Of a stretch of 64,000 nt of DNA, positions 20,156-30,918 are shown piece after piece. Within the stretch, counting starts at the first letter, position 1, and every line of letters begins with the position of its first letter. This DNA is from a virus, in IMG/VR virus record IMGVR_UViG_3300030419_005541, positions 62,523 to 126,522 of that record. One strand, given 5' to 3'. The notes under the pieces were generated by a model. The model had not been told where the DNA came from, did no database searches, and was given only the letters and a program-made list of their open reading frames with translations. Both the position numbers and the translations under genes were made by a program.

Positions 20156-22633
20156 ATGAGCAAACTTTCAGATTGGTTAGTCCAACCTATTATAGAAGAA
20201 GACATAACCAAAAATCCTAAGATAAAACGAGCATTAAAAAAATTAATTGATAATAATCTTTTACCCAAAACATACGCAAAAGATATTAATAAATTACAAA
20301 GTTTTTTAAATACAAATCCACAAGTATTCACTTCTTTGTTAAAAGTTTTAGGAGAAAAGAAAAGTAGTATTAGTGTGAAAGAACAAAAAGGTGATGTTGT
20401 AGTAGTTTATTCAGGAAGATTTCAACCGTTTCATATAGGTCACTACTCAACGTATAAGAAGTTAACACAAAAATTTGGAAAAAACAAGGTTTTTATTGGT
20501 ACAAGTAATAAAACACAACCAGGTCGTAGTCCTTTAAATTTCAAAGAAAAGAAATCTATTATTACAAAGTTCTTTAACATATCACCTAAGATGATTGTAC
20601 AAGTTCGTAATCCTTATTCACCTGTTGAAATATTAAAAGATTTTCCTAAAGATACTACATATATAGCCGCAGTAGGAGAAAAAGATTCACAAAGATTAAA
20701 AGGTAAATATTTTAAACCATATAAAACAGGAAAAACAATTCCTTATGAAGAAGGAGGATTTGTTTTAGCAGTACCACCAACTGATTTTAAAGTAGGTGGC
20801 GAGCCTGTAAGCGGGACAAAGGTACGAGCAACTTTTGGTGGTTCCGTGAATATGTCTGCCAAAGAAGAATTATTTAAAAGAATGTATGGAAAGGTTGACA
20901 AAAAGATATTACAATTTTTGATTAAAAAGTTTGGAGGCACTTTAACAGAAGCAACTACGACGGTACAAGGAAATCTTGATGATGGTCCACCAACTTATTA
21001 TGCGAGTTATGATGATTATAAAAAATTCTCTACTGCTTGGTTGTTGGACCTTTATGGTGAAGATTGGGAAGTATTAGACCATTTGATAAGTGCAGAGTTT
21101 GACCCTATTGAAGATTATACTTTAAAATATAGTACGGTGCCTGCAGTTTCATATATGGATGCAGGTACAATTAAAGGTTCTAAAGATGCAGTAAAAAAAT
21201 ATAAAAAATTTATACAAAGAATAACAGATGATTTTGGTTGGGATGTTGTCAAATGGTTAGGTACAGATGAAGCAGAAAAGAGTTTAACAGGAACTATTGT
21301 TTCTGCAGGTGTTGGTGGTAAGATAGGTGATTATGACGTTGAACTAAAAGAAAATGTATTTTCAGATTCTAAACAACTATTTATAGAAGAGAAAGAGTTA
21401 TTATTAATGGGTGGAGCATATGGACATCTCGCTCATCCTTTCGATGACAATAGGTTAACATTTAGAGATTTAAAAACAATGATAGATTTAGCACTTCAAG
21501 GTAAACTTGAAAGTGTGTCGGAAAAGACAGATGGTCAAAATCTTATGATTTCCTATATTGATGGAAAGGTAAGAGCGGCACGTAATAAAGGACAATTAAA
21601 AAACTTTGGAAAAAATTCTCTTGATATCAAAGGCATACAAAATATGTTTGCAGGTAGAGGAGAAATAGAAAAAGCATTTACATACTCTATGAGAGATTTA
21701 GAGATAGCTATTAAGAAGTTAAGTAAAAAAGATTTAGATAATATATTTGGTAATGGTAAATCTTTTATGAGTTTAGAGGTAATGTATGTGCCTACTACAA
21801 ACGTTATACCATATGGTATAAATATGTTAGTGTTTCACGGGACTATGACTTATAACGAAAAAGGTGAGCCTATAGGACAAAGCAAATCTGCAGGTTCAAA
21901 GTTAACAAAATTAATTAAAAAAGTCAACGCAAATGTTCAAAGACATTTTGATATACAAGCATTACCTAATACTAAATTACCACAAGTAAAAAATTATGAA
22001 GCTAAAAAATCTTCATTTTTAAAAAGAGTAGATAAATTACAAAAACAATATGGTCTCAAAGATTCAGATACTGCAGGTGATTATCATCAACATTATTGGT
22101 TAGAATATGTTTTAGCAGGTGCTAAGTCAAATGGTTATCCTAATCCTACAGATAATGTTTTATATAGTTTGATGAAGAGATGGGCGTTTTTTGATAAAAG
22201 TTATAAGATACCACAAATTAAAAAAGATTTAAAAGAATATCCTAAATTTTTAGATTGGGTATTAACTACTGACAAAGTAGACCATACAAAAATATGGAAG
22301 CAAAACGTTTCTGCATTTGAAAGAATATTTCTTGATTTAGGTGCAGAAATATTATCTAATATGGAAAACTTTTTATCTGCTAATCCTACAGAAGCCGCAG
22401 TTAAAATGAGACAAGAATTAGCAAAGACAATAAAGAAAATACGTTCAAGTAAAGATTTGAGAACTATAGATATGATGAAAGCACAACTTGAAAAAGTTCA
22501 ATCTATGGGTGGATTTAAAAAATTAGTTCCTACTGAAGGAATTACTTTTATGTTTAAAGGTAAAGTTTACAAACTAACAGGTTTGTTTGCACCTATAAAT
22601 CAAATACTTGGAATGTTAAAATATACGAGGTAA
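20156..22633 (+). CDS. Multidomain protein: HxGH nucleotidyltransferase (cytidylyltransferase-like) plus C-terminal KxDG ligase-like domain
   Basis: 'YSGRFQPFHIGH', 'VSGTKVR', then 'GHLAHPFD...SEKTDGQN...PTEGITF..KLTG'. Confidence 0.6.
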   Translation: MSKLSDWLVQPIIEEDITKNPKIKRALKKLIDNNLLPKTYAKDINKLQSFLNTNPQVFTSLLKVLGEKKSSISVKEQKGDVVVVYSGRFQPFHIGHYSTYKKLTQKFGKNKVFIGTSNKTQPGRSPLNFKEKKSIITKFFNISPKMIVQVRNPYSPVEILKDFPKDTTYIAAVGEKDSQRLKGKYFKPYKTGKTIPYEEGGFVLAVPPTDFKVGGEPVSGTKVRATFGGSVNMSAKEELFKRMYGKVDKKILQFLIKKFGGTLTEATTTVQGNLDDGPPTYYASYDDYKKFSTAWLLDLYGEDWEVLDHLISAEFDPIEDYTLKYSTVPAVSYMDAGTIKGSKDAVKKYKKFIQRITDDFGWDVVKWLGTDEAEKSLTGTIVSAGVGGKIGDYDVELKENVFSDSKQLFIEEKELLLMGGAYGHLAHPFDDNRLTFRDLKTMIDLALQGKLESVSEKTDGQNLMISYIDGKVRAARNKGQLKNFGKNSLDIKGIQNMFAGRGEIEKAFTYSMRDLEIAIKKLSKKDLDNIFGNGKSFMSLEVMYVPTTNVIPYGINMLVFHGTMTYNEKGEPIGQSKSAGSKLTKLIKKVNANVQRHFDIQALPNTKLPQVKNYEAKKSSFLKRVDKLQKQYGLKDSDTAGDYHQHYWLEYVLAGAKSNGYPNPTDNVLYSLMKRWAFFDKSYKIPQIKKDLKEYPKFLDWVLTTDKVDHTKIWKQNVSAFERIFLDLGAEILSNMENFLSANPTEAAVKMRQELAKTIKKIRSSKDLRTIDMMKAQLEKVQSMGGFKKLVPTEGITFMFKGKVYKLTGLFAPINQILGMLKYTR

Positions 22634-22635
22634 TT

Positions 22636-23208
22636 ATGAGTCACGATTACGGTAGTAAAAGTGGAAAAGAAAGAGTTCGTGAATACAAGGCGATGGAATC
22701 TATTCTTAGAGGAGAAACACCTGAGAAAAGAATATTGGTTGGTTATGAAGGCAAAAAACAAAAACACGGAGACATAGAAAGTCCACTAACTGAAATAATG
22801 CAGAAAGTTAGAATGCCTTGGTTCTGTCCTTCTTGTAAGAAAGTTATGAAAAAGAAAATGGACAATCAAACTTGGATGCAGTTTGAACATTGTTTTGATT
22901 GTCAAATAGAATTTGAAAATAAATTAATCATCGAAGGAAAGTATGATGATTGGAGAAAAAAGAAATCTGTAGAAAATAGATTAGCTAAATATAAAGATGA
23001 CTTACAAGGTTTAAAAGAATTTTACGATAAAAAAAATGTAACACATTTTAATGCAATAAATCCTGAATTAGGCGCATTAGATACAGAAACATATGAAGTT
23101 GAAAATCCTGAAGAATGGGATAAGAAAATTGATGAAGCAGTAGAATTTTTTGAAAATGAAATAGTTAAACTCGAAAAAGAGTTGGAGGAATTAAATGAAG
23201 TGGCTTAA
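22636..23208 (+). CDS. Hypothetical protein with Zn-binding CxxC pairs
   Basis: CPSC and CFDC motifs; GAGG SD. Confidence 0.55.
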   Translation: MSHDYGSKSGKERVREYKAMESILRGETPEKRILVGYEGKKQKHGDIESPLTEIMQKVRMPWFCPSCKKVMKKKMDNQTWMQFEHCFDCQIEFENKLIIEGKYDDWRKKKSVENRLAKYKDDLQGLKEFYDKKNVTHFNAINPELGALDTETYEVENPEEWDKKIDEAVEFFENEIVKLEKELEELNEVA

Positions 23209-23506
23209 ATACATATTAGGATTTCTTGGTGCTGTAGGTGCTTTGTTTGCGGTTAATAAAGCAAAAAGTAAAGAAGTACAAAAACTTAAAAAAGTTATTG
23301 ACGAAAACAAGAAAGAAGAAAAGAAAGTTGAAAAACAAATTAAAGAATTAGAAACTGCTAAGAAAGCTTCTAAAAAAGAGATTGGTAATATGAAAAGAAA
23401 ACTTACTATCTCAAAAAAGAAAACTAAAAAGATGGAAGAAGTTTATGAGAATGATGAAGTAGAATCAGCAGAAGATTTTTTAAGAAAGTTCGCTAAGAAC
23501 AAATGA
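23195..23506 (+). CDS. Membrane-anchored coiled-coil protein (possible spanin-like)
   Basis: N-terminal hydrophobic helix followed by a Lys/Glu coiled coil. Confidence 0.4.
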   Translation: MKWLKYILGFLGAVGALFAVNKAKSKEVQKLKKVIDENKKEEKKVEKQIKELETAKKASKKEIGNMKRKLTISKKKTKKMEEVYENDEVESAEDFLRKFAKNK

Positions 23507-23919
23507 GGATTAGTATGAAAATATTAAAATACTTTTTAATAATATTTTTTGCGATGTCAATGGTAAGAAGTCAAGATGTAGAGATACAGAAAGGCGGTAA
23601 AAAGCCAACGACTTTTACATATGAAGAAGCATTAGAAATGTTAAAAGCTCGTGATGCACAATGGGAAGGTAAATTAGCAAAAGCAGATTCATTGATAGAA
23701 TCACAAAAGATTGTAATTTCAGATTGTGATTCTCTTGTTTCTAATTTAGAAGAACAAGCAAAATTAGATACCTTAATGTTAGTTGCTCAGAGAAAACAAA
23801 TTGATTTATTAAAAGTTCGTGATGAAACTAATGAAAAATTAGTAAAGTTAGTTGAACCAAAATGGTATGAAAATCAATATCTTTGGTTAGGAATAGGATT
23901 TATACTTGGTAAGATATGA
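23503..23919 (+). CDS. Secreted/membrane coiled-coil protein (possible spanin-like)
   Basis: Signal-like N-terminus, coiled coil, and a hydrophobic C-terminal tail 'KWYENQYLWLGIGFILG'. Confidence 0.4.
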   Translation: MRISMKILKYFLIIFFAMSMVRSQDVEIQKGGKKPTTFTYEEALEMLKARDAQWEGKLAKADSLIESQKIVISDCDSLVSNLEEQAKLDTLMLVAQRKQIDLLKVRDETNEKLVKLVEPKWYENQYLWLGIGFILGKI

Positions 23920-25493
23920 AATCAAATGATTTAAAAGAAGCTCTACGACAGGAATATATTAAATGTGGGAATGACCCTTGTTACTTTATTACAAAGTATT
24001 GTGTTATTCAACATCCTATTCGTGGTAAAATACCTTTTGAATTATATCCATTTCAAGATAAAACTTTAAAAGAATTATTAAATCATAAATACAATATAAT
24101 TTTAAAAGCAAGGCAGTTAGGTATATCAACTTTGACTGCGGCGTATTCTTTGTGGTTAATGACATTTAGAAATGATAAGAACATTTTAGTGTTAGCTACT
24201 AAACAAGATACAGCAAAAAATCTTGTTACTAAAATTAGAGTGATGCACTCTAACTTACCTGGTTGGTTAAGACAAAAATGTATTGAAGATAATAAATTGT
24301 CTTTACGATATAAAAATGGTTCACAAGTAAAAGCAGTTTCATCAAGTGAAGATTCAGGTCGTTCAGAAGCACTATCTCTTTTAGTATTAGATGAGGCCGC
24401 ATTCATAGACAAAATTGATACAATATGGGCTGCGGCTCAACAAACACTATCAACCGGTGGACAATGTATTGCTTTGTCTACACCTAACGGTGTTGGTAAT
24501 TGGTTTCATAGAACTTGGGTAGATGCAGAAGAAGGAGTAAATAGCTTTCACACTATAAAATTACATTGGTCATTACACCCTGAACGTGATGAAACATATA
24601 GAAAAGAACAAGATAAATTATTAGGTCCATCACTCGCGGCACAAGAATGTGATTGTGACTTTCTAACTTCAGGTCAAATGGTTGTAGATGGTTCTATATT
24701 ACAAGAATATAAAGATACTCAATGTACAGACCCAATAGTAAAACAAGGAATAGATTCAAATGTTTGGGTATGGCAACAACCTAATTACAATAAAAACTAT
24801 ATAATGAGTGCTGATGTTAGTAGAGGAGATGGTACTGATTATTCTGCTTTCCATATATTAGAATTAGAGTCAATGGAACAAGTTGCTGAGTATCGTGGTA
24901 AGATAGGAACTAAAGATTTTGGTAATTTATGTGTAAATGTTGCAACAGAATTTAATGATGCACTTTTAGTTGTTGAAAACAATAATATCGGATGGGCCGC
25001 TATTCAACAAATTATAGATAGAGGATATCAAAATTTATTTTATACAAGTAAAGATTTACAATATGTAGATGTAGAACATCAAATAACTAATCGATATAGA
25101 GCAGAAGATAGAAATTTAAAACCCGGATTCTCTATGACTATGAAAACACGACCACTTGTTATTGCTAAATTAGAGGAATACTTTAGAGAAAAGGCAGTAA
25201 TTGTTCGTTCAAATCGATTAATAGATGAGTTGTTTGTATTTATATATAATAACAATAAAGCACAAGCTATGACCGGATATAATGATGATTTAGTTATGAG
25301 TTTTGGAATAGCATTGTGGGTGAGAGATACTGCATTAAGATTGAGAGCAGAAGGCGTAGAATTAAGTAAAAAAACTATTACTAATTTTTCTACTCCTAAT
25401 CAATTAATGTATCAACCCGGGGATAAAGAAGATTCTTGGAAAATTGAAATAGGTCACAACAAAGATGTTGAAGACCTTAAATGGTTACTATAG
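23916..25493 (+). CDS. terL: Terminase large subunit (T4 gp17-like)
   Basis: 'LYPFQ', Walker A 'KARQLGIST', Walker B 'LLVLDEAAF', 'STPNG', and nuclease motifs 'ADVSRG' and 'DDLVMS'. Confidence 0.95.
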   Translation: MKSNDLKEALRQEYIKCGNDPCYFITKYCVIQHPIRGKIPFELYPFQDKTLKELLNHKYNIILKARQLGISTLTAAYSLWLMTFRNDKNILVLATKQDTAKNLVTKIRVMHSNLPGWLRQKCIEDNKLSLRYKNGSQVKAVSSSEDSGRSEALSLLVLDEAAFIDKIDTIWAAAQQTLSTGGQCIALSTPNGVGNWFHRTWVDAEEGVNSFHTIKLHWSLHPERDETYRKEQDKLLGPSLAAQECDCDFLTSGQMVVDGSILQEYKDTQCTDPIVKQGIDSNVWVWQQPNYNKNYIMSADVSRGDGTDYSAFHILELESMEQVAEYRGKIGTKDFGNLCVNVATEFNDALLVVENNNIGWAAIQQIIDRGYQNLFYTSKDLQYVDVEHQITNRYRAEDRNLKPGFSMTMKTRPLVIAKLEEYFREKAVIVRSNRLIDELFVFIYNNNKAQAMTGYNDDLVMSFGIALWVRDTALRLRAEGVELSKKTITNFSTPNQLMYQPGDKEDSWKIEIGHNKDVEDLKWLL

Positions 25494-25502
25494 GAGTTAA
25501 TT

Positions 25503-27299
25503 ATGGCTGTAGATAAAGGATTATTTACAAGACTACGTAGATTGTTTTCTACTAATGTTGTTGTTAGGCAAGTTGGCGGTAAAAAACTAAAAGTTGCTGA
25601 CACTTCAAGAACACAATCAAGTATAAAACATCAGTTGATAGATAGATATCAAAAGATTTATTCATCTGCTAAGCAGTATGGATATGATGGTGGTGCTATT
25701 ATTCAACAACAACGTTTAGGTCTTTTTAAAGATTATGAATCGATGGATTCTGATTCTATTATATCATCTGCACTTGATATTTACGCAGATGAGTCTACTA
25801 TGAAAAATGAGTATGGGAAAGTTTTAGACATCGATACTGATAATGCTAATATTCACGATATATTACATAACTTATTTTATGATGTTTTGAATGTAGAATT
25901 TAATTTATGGCCATGGGTTCGTAATATGTGTAAGTATGGTGATTTCTTTTTATTTATGGATATAGATGAAAAGTACGGTGTTACTAATGTAGTTCCTATT
26001 AGTCCTTATGATGTTTCAAGATTAGAAGGCGAAGACCCTGAAAATCCACATTATGTAAAATTTCGTATGACTCCTGTTGATAATGTTAGACATACACAAT
26101 ATGGAGCGCAACACGATGATTTAGAATCATTTCAAATTGCACATTTTAGATTGATAAGTGATGCAAACTTTTTACCATATGGTAGGTCAACATTAGAAGC
26201 CGCACGTAAAGTTTGGAAACAATTAACTCTTATGGAAGACGCTATGTTGATACATCGTATTATGAGAGCACCTGAAAAAAGAGTTTTCAAATTTGATATT
26301 GGAAATATTCCACCCGCAGAAGTAGAAAACTATATGAATCAAGTTGTAAATAAAATGAAGAAAACTCCTGTTATCGATACACAAACAGGTGATTATAATT
26401 TAAAATACAATATGCAAAATATTACAGAAGATTTCTTCATACCTGTTCGTGGAGGTGACAGCGGAACAAATATAGATACATTAAGTGGATTAACTTACGA
26501 GGCCGTAGACGATATCGAGTATTTGAGGAATAGGATGTTAGCATCTCTGCGTGTGCCTAAGGCCTTTCTTGGATACGAAGAAGGAGTCGAGGGTAAAGCA
26601 ACACTTGCCGCAGAAGATGTAAGATTTGCACGTACAATAGAAAGATTACAAAGAATTGTTGTAAGTGAATTACATAAAATAGCTATTGTTCATTTATATG
26701 CACAAGGTTATCGTGACCAAGAGTTAGTTAATTTTGATTTAAAACTAACTAATCCATCTACAATATATGAACAAGAAAAACTTGAAATTTGGAATACAAA
26801 GACAAGTTTAGCAGATTCTATGTTGAGAGATGGTTTAATGTCTTCAGAATGGGTATATAAAAACATTTTTGGTATGAGTGACGAAGATATAAAAAACGAA
26901 GACGAAAAAATTATCTTTGATTACAAAAACAAGTATAGAAAATCTACTATCGAAAGTGAAGGTGAAGACCCAGCAAAGCAACCTGAACAGGCAGAAACTA
27001 ACGATGATGCGATAGGTAGAACAGGAAAAGAATTAAATGGTGTAATGGGAAGACCTAAAGAAGGTCCAAAGTACGGAAAAGACGGTTCAGCACGTGGTCG
27101 TGACCCAATGGGTTCACACGATTTGAATACAAGTTATGAAAAAGATAACAAAATTAGACATACTTTTAAGAACGGGCCGTTGGCTTTAGCTCATTATGAT
27201 GGTTTAATGAAGGCAATGGACAAAAATTCGAGGGAAATTCTTTCAGAATCAGACGATTTATCGAAAAATTATGAAGAAGAATTAAACTCAGAAAAATAA
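25503..27299 (+). CDS. Portal protein (T4 gp20-like)
   Basis: 'LMEDAMLIHRIMRAPEKRVF..DIGN.P', 'EDFFIPVRGG' and 'L.VP'; it follows terL. Confidence 0.93.
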   Translation: MAVDKGLFTRLRRLFSTNVVVRQVGGKKLKVADTSRTQSSIKHQLIDRYQKIYSSAKQYGYDGGAIIQQQRLGLFKDYESMDSDSIISSALDIYADESTMKNEYGKVLDIDTDNANIHDILHNLFYDVLNVEFNLWPWVRNMCKYGDFFLFMDIDEKYGVTNVVPISPYDVSRLEGEDPENPHYVKFRMTPVDNVRHTQYGAQHDDLESFQIAHFRLISDANFLPYGRSTLEAARKVWKQLTLMEDAMLIHRIMRAPEKRVFKFDIGNIPPAEVENYMNQVVNKMKKTPVIDTQTGDYNLKYNMQNITEDFFIPVRGGDSGTNIDTLSGLTYEAVDDIEYLRNRMLASLRVPKAFLGYEEGVEGKATLAAEDVRFARTIERLQRIVVSELHKIAIVHLYAQGYRDQELVNFDLKLTNPSTIYEQEKLEIWNTKTSLADSMLRDGLMSSEWVYKNIFGMSDEDIKNEDEKIIFDYKNKYRKSTIESEGEDPAKQPEQAETNDDAIGRTGKELNGVMGRPKEGPKYGKDGSARGRDPMGSHDLNTSYEKDNKIRHTFKNGPLALAHYDGLMKAMDKNSREILSESDDLSKNYEEELNSEK

Positions 27300-27314
27300 T
27301 TTTCAATAAGGACA

Positions 27315-27322
27315 TATTTATA
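27315..27322 (+). promoter_or_regulatory. TATTTATA late-promoter-like motif
   Basis: Intergenic, 27 nt before the ATG at 27349. Confidence 0.55.
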
Positions 27323-27348
27323 TATGACTTGGAAGAGTTGGAGTTAAA

Positions 27349-28203
27349 ATGATTAAACACAATAAAGTTAAAAACACAGCATTTTTATATGAATGTTTGA
27401 CTCGGCAGATAACTTCTGACGTATTGTCAAATGTAGAACCTTCACCTGCCTTAGATATTGTAAAAGAATTTTTTAGGCCTACTACTATATTAGGTAAAGA
27501 ATTAGTTCTTTATAAAGCACTTACATCTAAGAAGTTAAAGAATGAAGGTAAAATAAATTATTTAGTAGATTCAGTTTTACGTGAAAGAGCTAAGTTGAAC
27601 TATAGTGATATGCGTAGAGCAAGATACAATTTAGTAAAAAAGATTACTGAAAGCTACGAATTAAAAGATTTTTTTAGAACACGAATTTCAAACTTTAAAG
27701 ATATAGCGTCTGTTTATAAATTATTCGAAATTCAACACAACTCCAATCCTTTCGAAGAAACAGAAATACGATTTATTGTTATGGAAAATCTTAAAGATAC
27801 AGATTCACCTAAAACAGAAAAAACTTCTGTAGTGGAAAAATTTGAAAAAGAATCAAAAGATTTAAGATTATTATCGTATAAAATACTTGTAGATAAGTTT
27901 AATCAAAAATACTCCAACCTTAATGAATCACAACGTGATTTGTTAAAAACATATATTAATAACATATCAAATACAAGTACTTTAAAAGAGTTTATGTCTG
28001 AAGAAATTAAAACTCTTAAAGAAAAAATCTCAAAGATTCATCCTAAGATTGATGACAAGGTCGTTTCTATTAAATTAAAAGAATGTTTGAATGTTCTAAA
28101 AAAATTAAATAAAGGAAATGTTGTTAACGAAGAACAACTTATCACAATGATGAGATTCTATAATCTTTTGGATGAAATTAATGCAGCAGTCGATAAAGCG
28201 TAG
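27349..28203 (+). CDS. Conserved-looking head-module hypothetical protein
   Basis: 284-aa helical ORF between portal and protease, with GGAG SD. Confidence 0.55.
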   Translation: MIKHNKVKNTAFLYECLTRQITSDVLSNVEPSPALDIVKEFFRPTTILGKELVLYKALTSKKLKNEGKINYLVDSVLRERAKLNYSDMRRARYNLVKKITESYELKDFFRTRISNFKDIASVYKLFEIQHNSNPFEETEIRFIVMENLKDTDSPKTEKTSVVEKFEKESKDLRLLSYKILVDKFNQKYSNLNESQRDLLKTYINNISNTSTLKEFMSEEIKTLKEKISKIHPKIDDKVVSIKLKECLNVLKKLNKGNVVNEEQLITMMRFYNLLDEINAAVDKA

Positions 28204-28696
28204 CGAAATATTTGAAATCATAAAAGAGATTCTTCGTGAAATGATGAACGAAGCATCCGTAACAGGAAATATTGCTGGTTATGAAACTCCAAACGCTTTT
28301 TCAGGCGGTCTTGCAAAAAACAAAAAGATGAAAAAAGATTTAATTAAAAGACTTCATATGAAGTTGGTTGGTAAGATTGATGAAAGTAAAGATGATGTAA
28401 AGTTAATGAAAGTCTATACTATGAAAGATAGACCACCATTTAAAGTAACTGAATCAAGATATCACGAGTATCGTAATGATGAGACTCGTACACCCAAACA
28501 AAAGATTTGGCATAGTGTAAAAGAAGTTCGTGATAGTTTACAAAATCTTGACAGAAATTTAAAACACGCTATCAAGTTAAAGACCGAACAAGGAATGGAT
28601 TCAAGAACATATTATAAATATGCTCGTAATAGTTTTCCAAAGATACAAGAAAAATTAATTAAGATGGCAAAAAAAGTTGGGGAGTTAAGCGCGTGA
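28172..28696 (+). CDS. Hypothetical head-module protein
   Basis: Contains 'MMNEASVTGNIAGYETPNAF'. The start is uncertain (28172 or 28181). Confidence 0.5.
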   Translation: MKLMQQSIKRSEIFEIIKEILREMMNEASVTGNIAGYETPNAFSGGLAKNKKMKKDLIKRLHMKLVGKIDESKDDVKLMKVYTMKDRPPFKVTESRYHEYRNDETRTPKQKIWHSVKEVRDSLQNLDRNLKHAIKLKTEQGMDSRTYYKYARNSFPKIQEKLIKMAKKVGELSA

Positions 28697-29046
28697 GTAC
28701 ATATAAAAAAATGATGGCAGAAGCATTTGGTATTCAAGAAGGTAAAATTGAAGCTCGTGAATTAAAACTTTACATAGATAATGATTCTGCTTTATATAGA
28801 CAAAGATTTATGCCTATTATGAGAAATCTCAGTAACCATATGGCAAAAAATAGATATAAAGATTCTCTTGCTGTAAAAGCTTTTATGTATTTAGCCACAG
28901 CAGGAGCAAAGAAATATATTAAAGATTTTGGAGGAGATAGAAATACTTTTTCTAAAGCTGATTTAAAAGCAGTTGCCAAAGAATTTGTAGAAGAATTTAA
29001 AGATTCGTATGAGAATGAAGAATACGATTTTATGGGGAGAAAATAA
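28693..29046 (+). CDS. Hypothetical protein
   Basis: GTG start overlapping the previous stop with GGAG SD; contains 'ELKLYIDND..LY'. Confidence 0.5.
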   Translation: MSTYKKMMAEAFGIQEGKIEARELKLYIDNDSALYRQRFMPIMRNLSNHMAKNRYKDSLAVKAFMYLATAGAKKYIKDFGGDRNTFSKADLKAVAKEFVEEFKDSYENEEYDFMGRK

Positions 29047-29047
29047 A

Positions 29048-30313
29048 GTGAAAATTTTAGAAGAATATAAAAGATTTGCCGAAGAATTACTTATTGAAGC
29101 TGATGAACAACAGCCTCTTGATGATAAAGAAAAAGAAAAAGCTAAAAGTCAAGGACTTGTCCATCTTGGTGGAGGTGCATATGGTAAAAAAGGTAAAGAA
29201 GCCACACATAAAAATGTTGATGGTAAACTTGAACCAATTGATAAAGATGGTGATGATGATGGTGCAGATGATAGTCAAAAATTAAGCGGTAAATCAGATT
29301 TCTCAAGAGATGGCGGAGATACTCCTCCTGAAGCCTGGGATGTTGAGGACGAGTTTGGTGGTGAAGATAGTGAAGTTGCAAAATATTTGAAAAGCTTACA
29401 AGGCAAGGAAGATGATGAAGACGAGTGGGATGATACATCTATGGGACAACGCAATCGCAGTTATGGTGGTAGAGGATTTGGAGATGATTCAGATGGTGGT
29501 GATGATAAACCAAAAGCAGACGAACCAAAAGCAGACGAACCAAGAGGTGCTGCGATTGTCGGCAAAACGGGAAACGCTGAACAATCAGCAAGTAAATTAT
29601 CAGATATTATTGATGACGCAAAAGACCATGAAGGTAAAATGCCTAAAGGTGTTGCACGTCAAGTAGCACAATACGAAGCAGATATTTTAGCTCGACAAGG
29701 TATAAACAAAAGTCCGGATGGTACGTATTCAACAAGTGATTACGATGAAGACGAAGACGAAGTTATTTACGAACCAATGTCTGAAGAAGGAATAATAAAT
29801 GCAATCGCGCGCGAAACAGGCAAAAGTAAAGATGAAGTTGTTGCTATGAGAGCTATGGCAAAGGAATCAAACCCAGGAGTGTTTCCTGAAGATAAAGGTG
29901 ATGATGAAAAAAGTGGAGAAGAGAGTATTTCTGACGAAGATTTAAAAGATACAATTTTACAAGATTTAAATCCAAGTCGTGATTCAGATAGAGATGAACG
30001 TGGTTTACCTAATAGTAAAGAAGATTGGGAAAACGAAGTAGAAGAAGTTGATAGCGCGTTTAAAGATGCAATGGAATACTACGAAAGAACGAAGAAAGAA
30101 TATGAAGATGAGTCTGTAACTGATGACCCGGAAGAAAGAGAGTATTTAAAAGATAGAGCACAAAAAGCTGAAAAAGAATTTATTAAACGTAGAGCTGTTA
30201 GAGATGCTTATAAAGAAAAAGGTGAAACCTTAGGTTTATTTGACCACGTTGAACCTAAAAAGAAACCATTTCTAAGAGAACAATTAGAACGTATTGGTGG
30301 AGGAAAATACTAA
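29048..30313 (+). CDS. Highly acidic, probably disordered protein (prohead core/internal protein candidate)
   Basis: Likely GTG start at 29048 after GGGGAG. It is D/E-rich, has a tandem KADEP repeat, and lies directly upstream of the protease. Confidence 0.5.
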   Translation: MKILEEYKRFAEELLIEADEQQPLDDKEKEKAKSQGLVHLGGGAYGKKGKEATHKNVDGKLEPIDKDGDDDGADDSQKLSGKSDFSRDGGDTPPEAWDVEDEFGGEDSEVAKYLKSLQGKEDDEDEWDDTSMGQRNRSYGGRGFGDDSDGGDDKPKADEPKADEPRGAAIVGKTGNAEQSASKLSDIIDDAKDHEGKMPKGVARQVAQYEADILARQGINKSPDGTYSTSDYDEDEDEVIYEPMSEEGIINAIARETGKSKDEVVAMRAMAKESNPGVFPEDKGDDEKSGEESISDEDLKDTILQDLNPSRDSDRDERGLPNSKEDWENEVEEVDSAFKDAMEYYERTKKEYEDESVTDDPEEREYLKDRAQKAEKEFIKRRAVRDAYKEKGETLGLFDHVEPKKKPFLREQLERIGGGKY

Positions 30314-30918
30314 TGAAACAATTAATAGTAGACTATATACCATTTGAAGTTGCTCCTGAGACAATCAATGAAGCAATGTCTTCTAATGGTAAACTAATCG
30401 TGAAAGGCGTTCTACAACGTGCAGAAGCGAAAAATCAAAATGGTCGTGTTTATCCTATGGACTTACTTCAACGTGAAGCTAAAAAGTACACAAGTAATTT
30501 TATAAGAGAAAAGAGAGCATTAGGTGAGTTAGACCATCCTGATAGTTCTGTTGTAAATTTAAATAACGTTTCTCATAATGTGTTAGAAATGAATTGGGAT
30601 GGAAATGATTTGAAAGGTACAATCGAAGTATTGACTACACCAAGTGGAAATATTTTAAGAGAATTATTTAAAAGTGGTATTAGACTTGGTATCTCTTCAC
30701 GTGGATTAGGTTCTGTTGAACCAATGAAAGAAGATAAAGATGCGCAAGAAGTACAAAACGATTTTGAATTGATTGCATTTGATTTTGTTAGTAATCCATC
30801 TACACACGGAGCATTTATGAATCCTGTTAACGAAAGTGTTAATCGTGATGAACAAATACGTTCAGGTAAGTGGCACGCGGTAGATAATACTATAGGAAAA
30901 ATTTTAAGAGGCGAATAA
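30313..30918 (+). CDS. Prohead core protease (T4 gp21-like)
   Basis: 'NQNGRVYP', 'ALGELDHP', 'GISSRGLGS' and 'DFVSNPS..A'. Confidence 0.93.
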   Translation: MKQLIVDYIPFEVAPETINEAMSSNGKLIVKGVLQRAEAKNQNGRVYPMDLLQREAKKYTSNFIREKRALGELDHPDSSVVNLNNVSHNVLEMNWDGNDLKGTIEVLTTPSGNILRELFKSGIRLGISSRGLGSVEPMKEDKDAQEVQNDFELIAFDFVSNPSTHGAFMNPVNESVNRDEQIRSGKWHAVDNTIGKILRGE

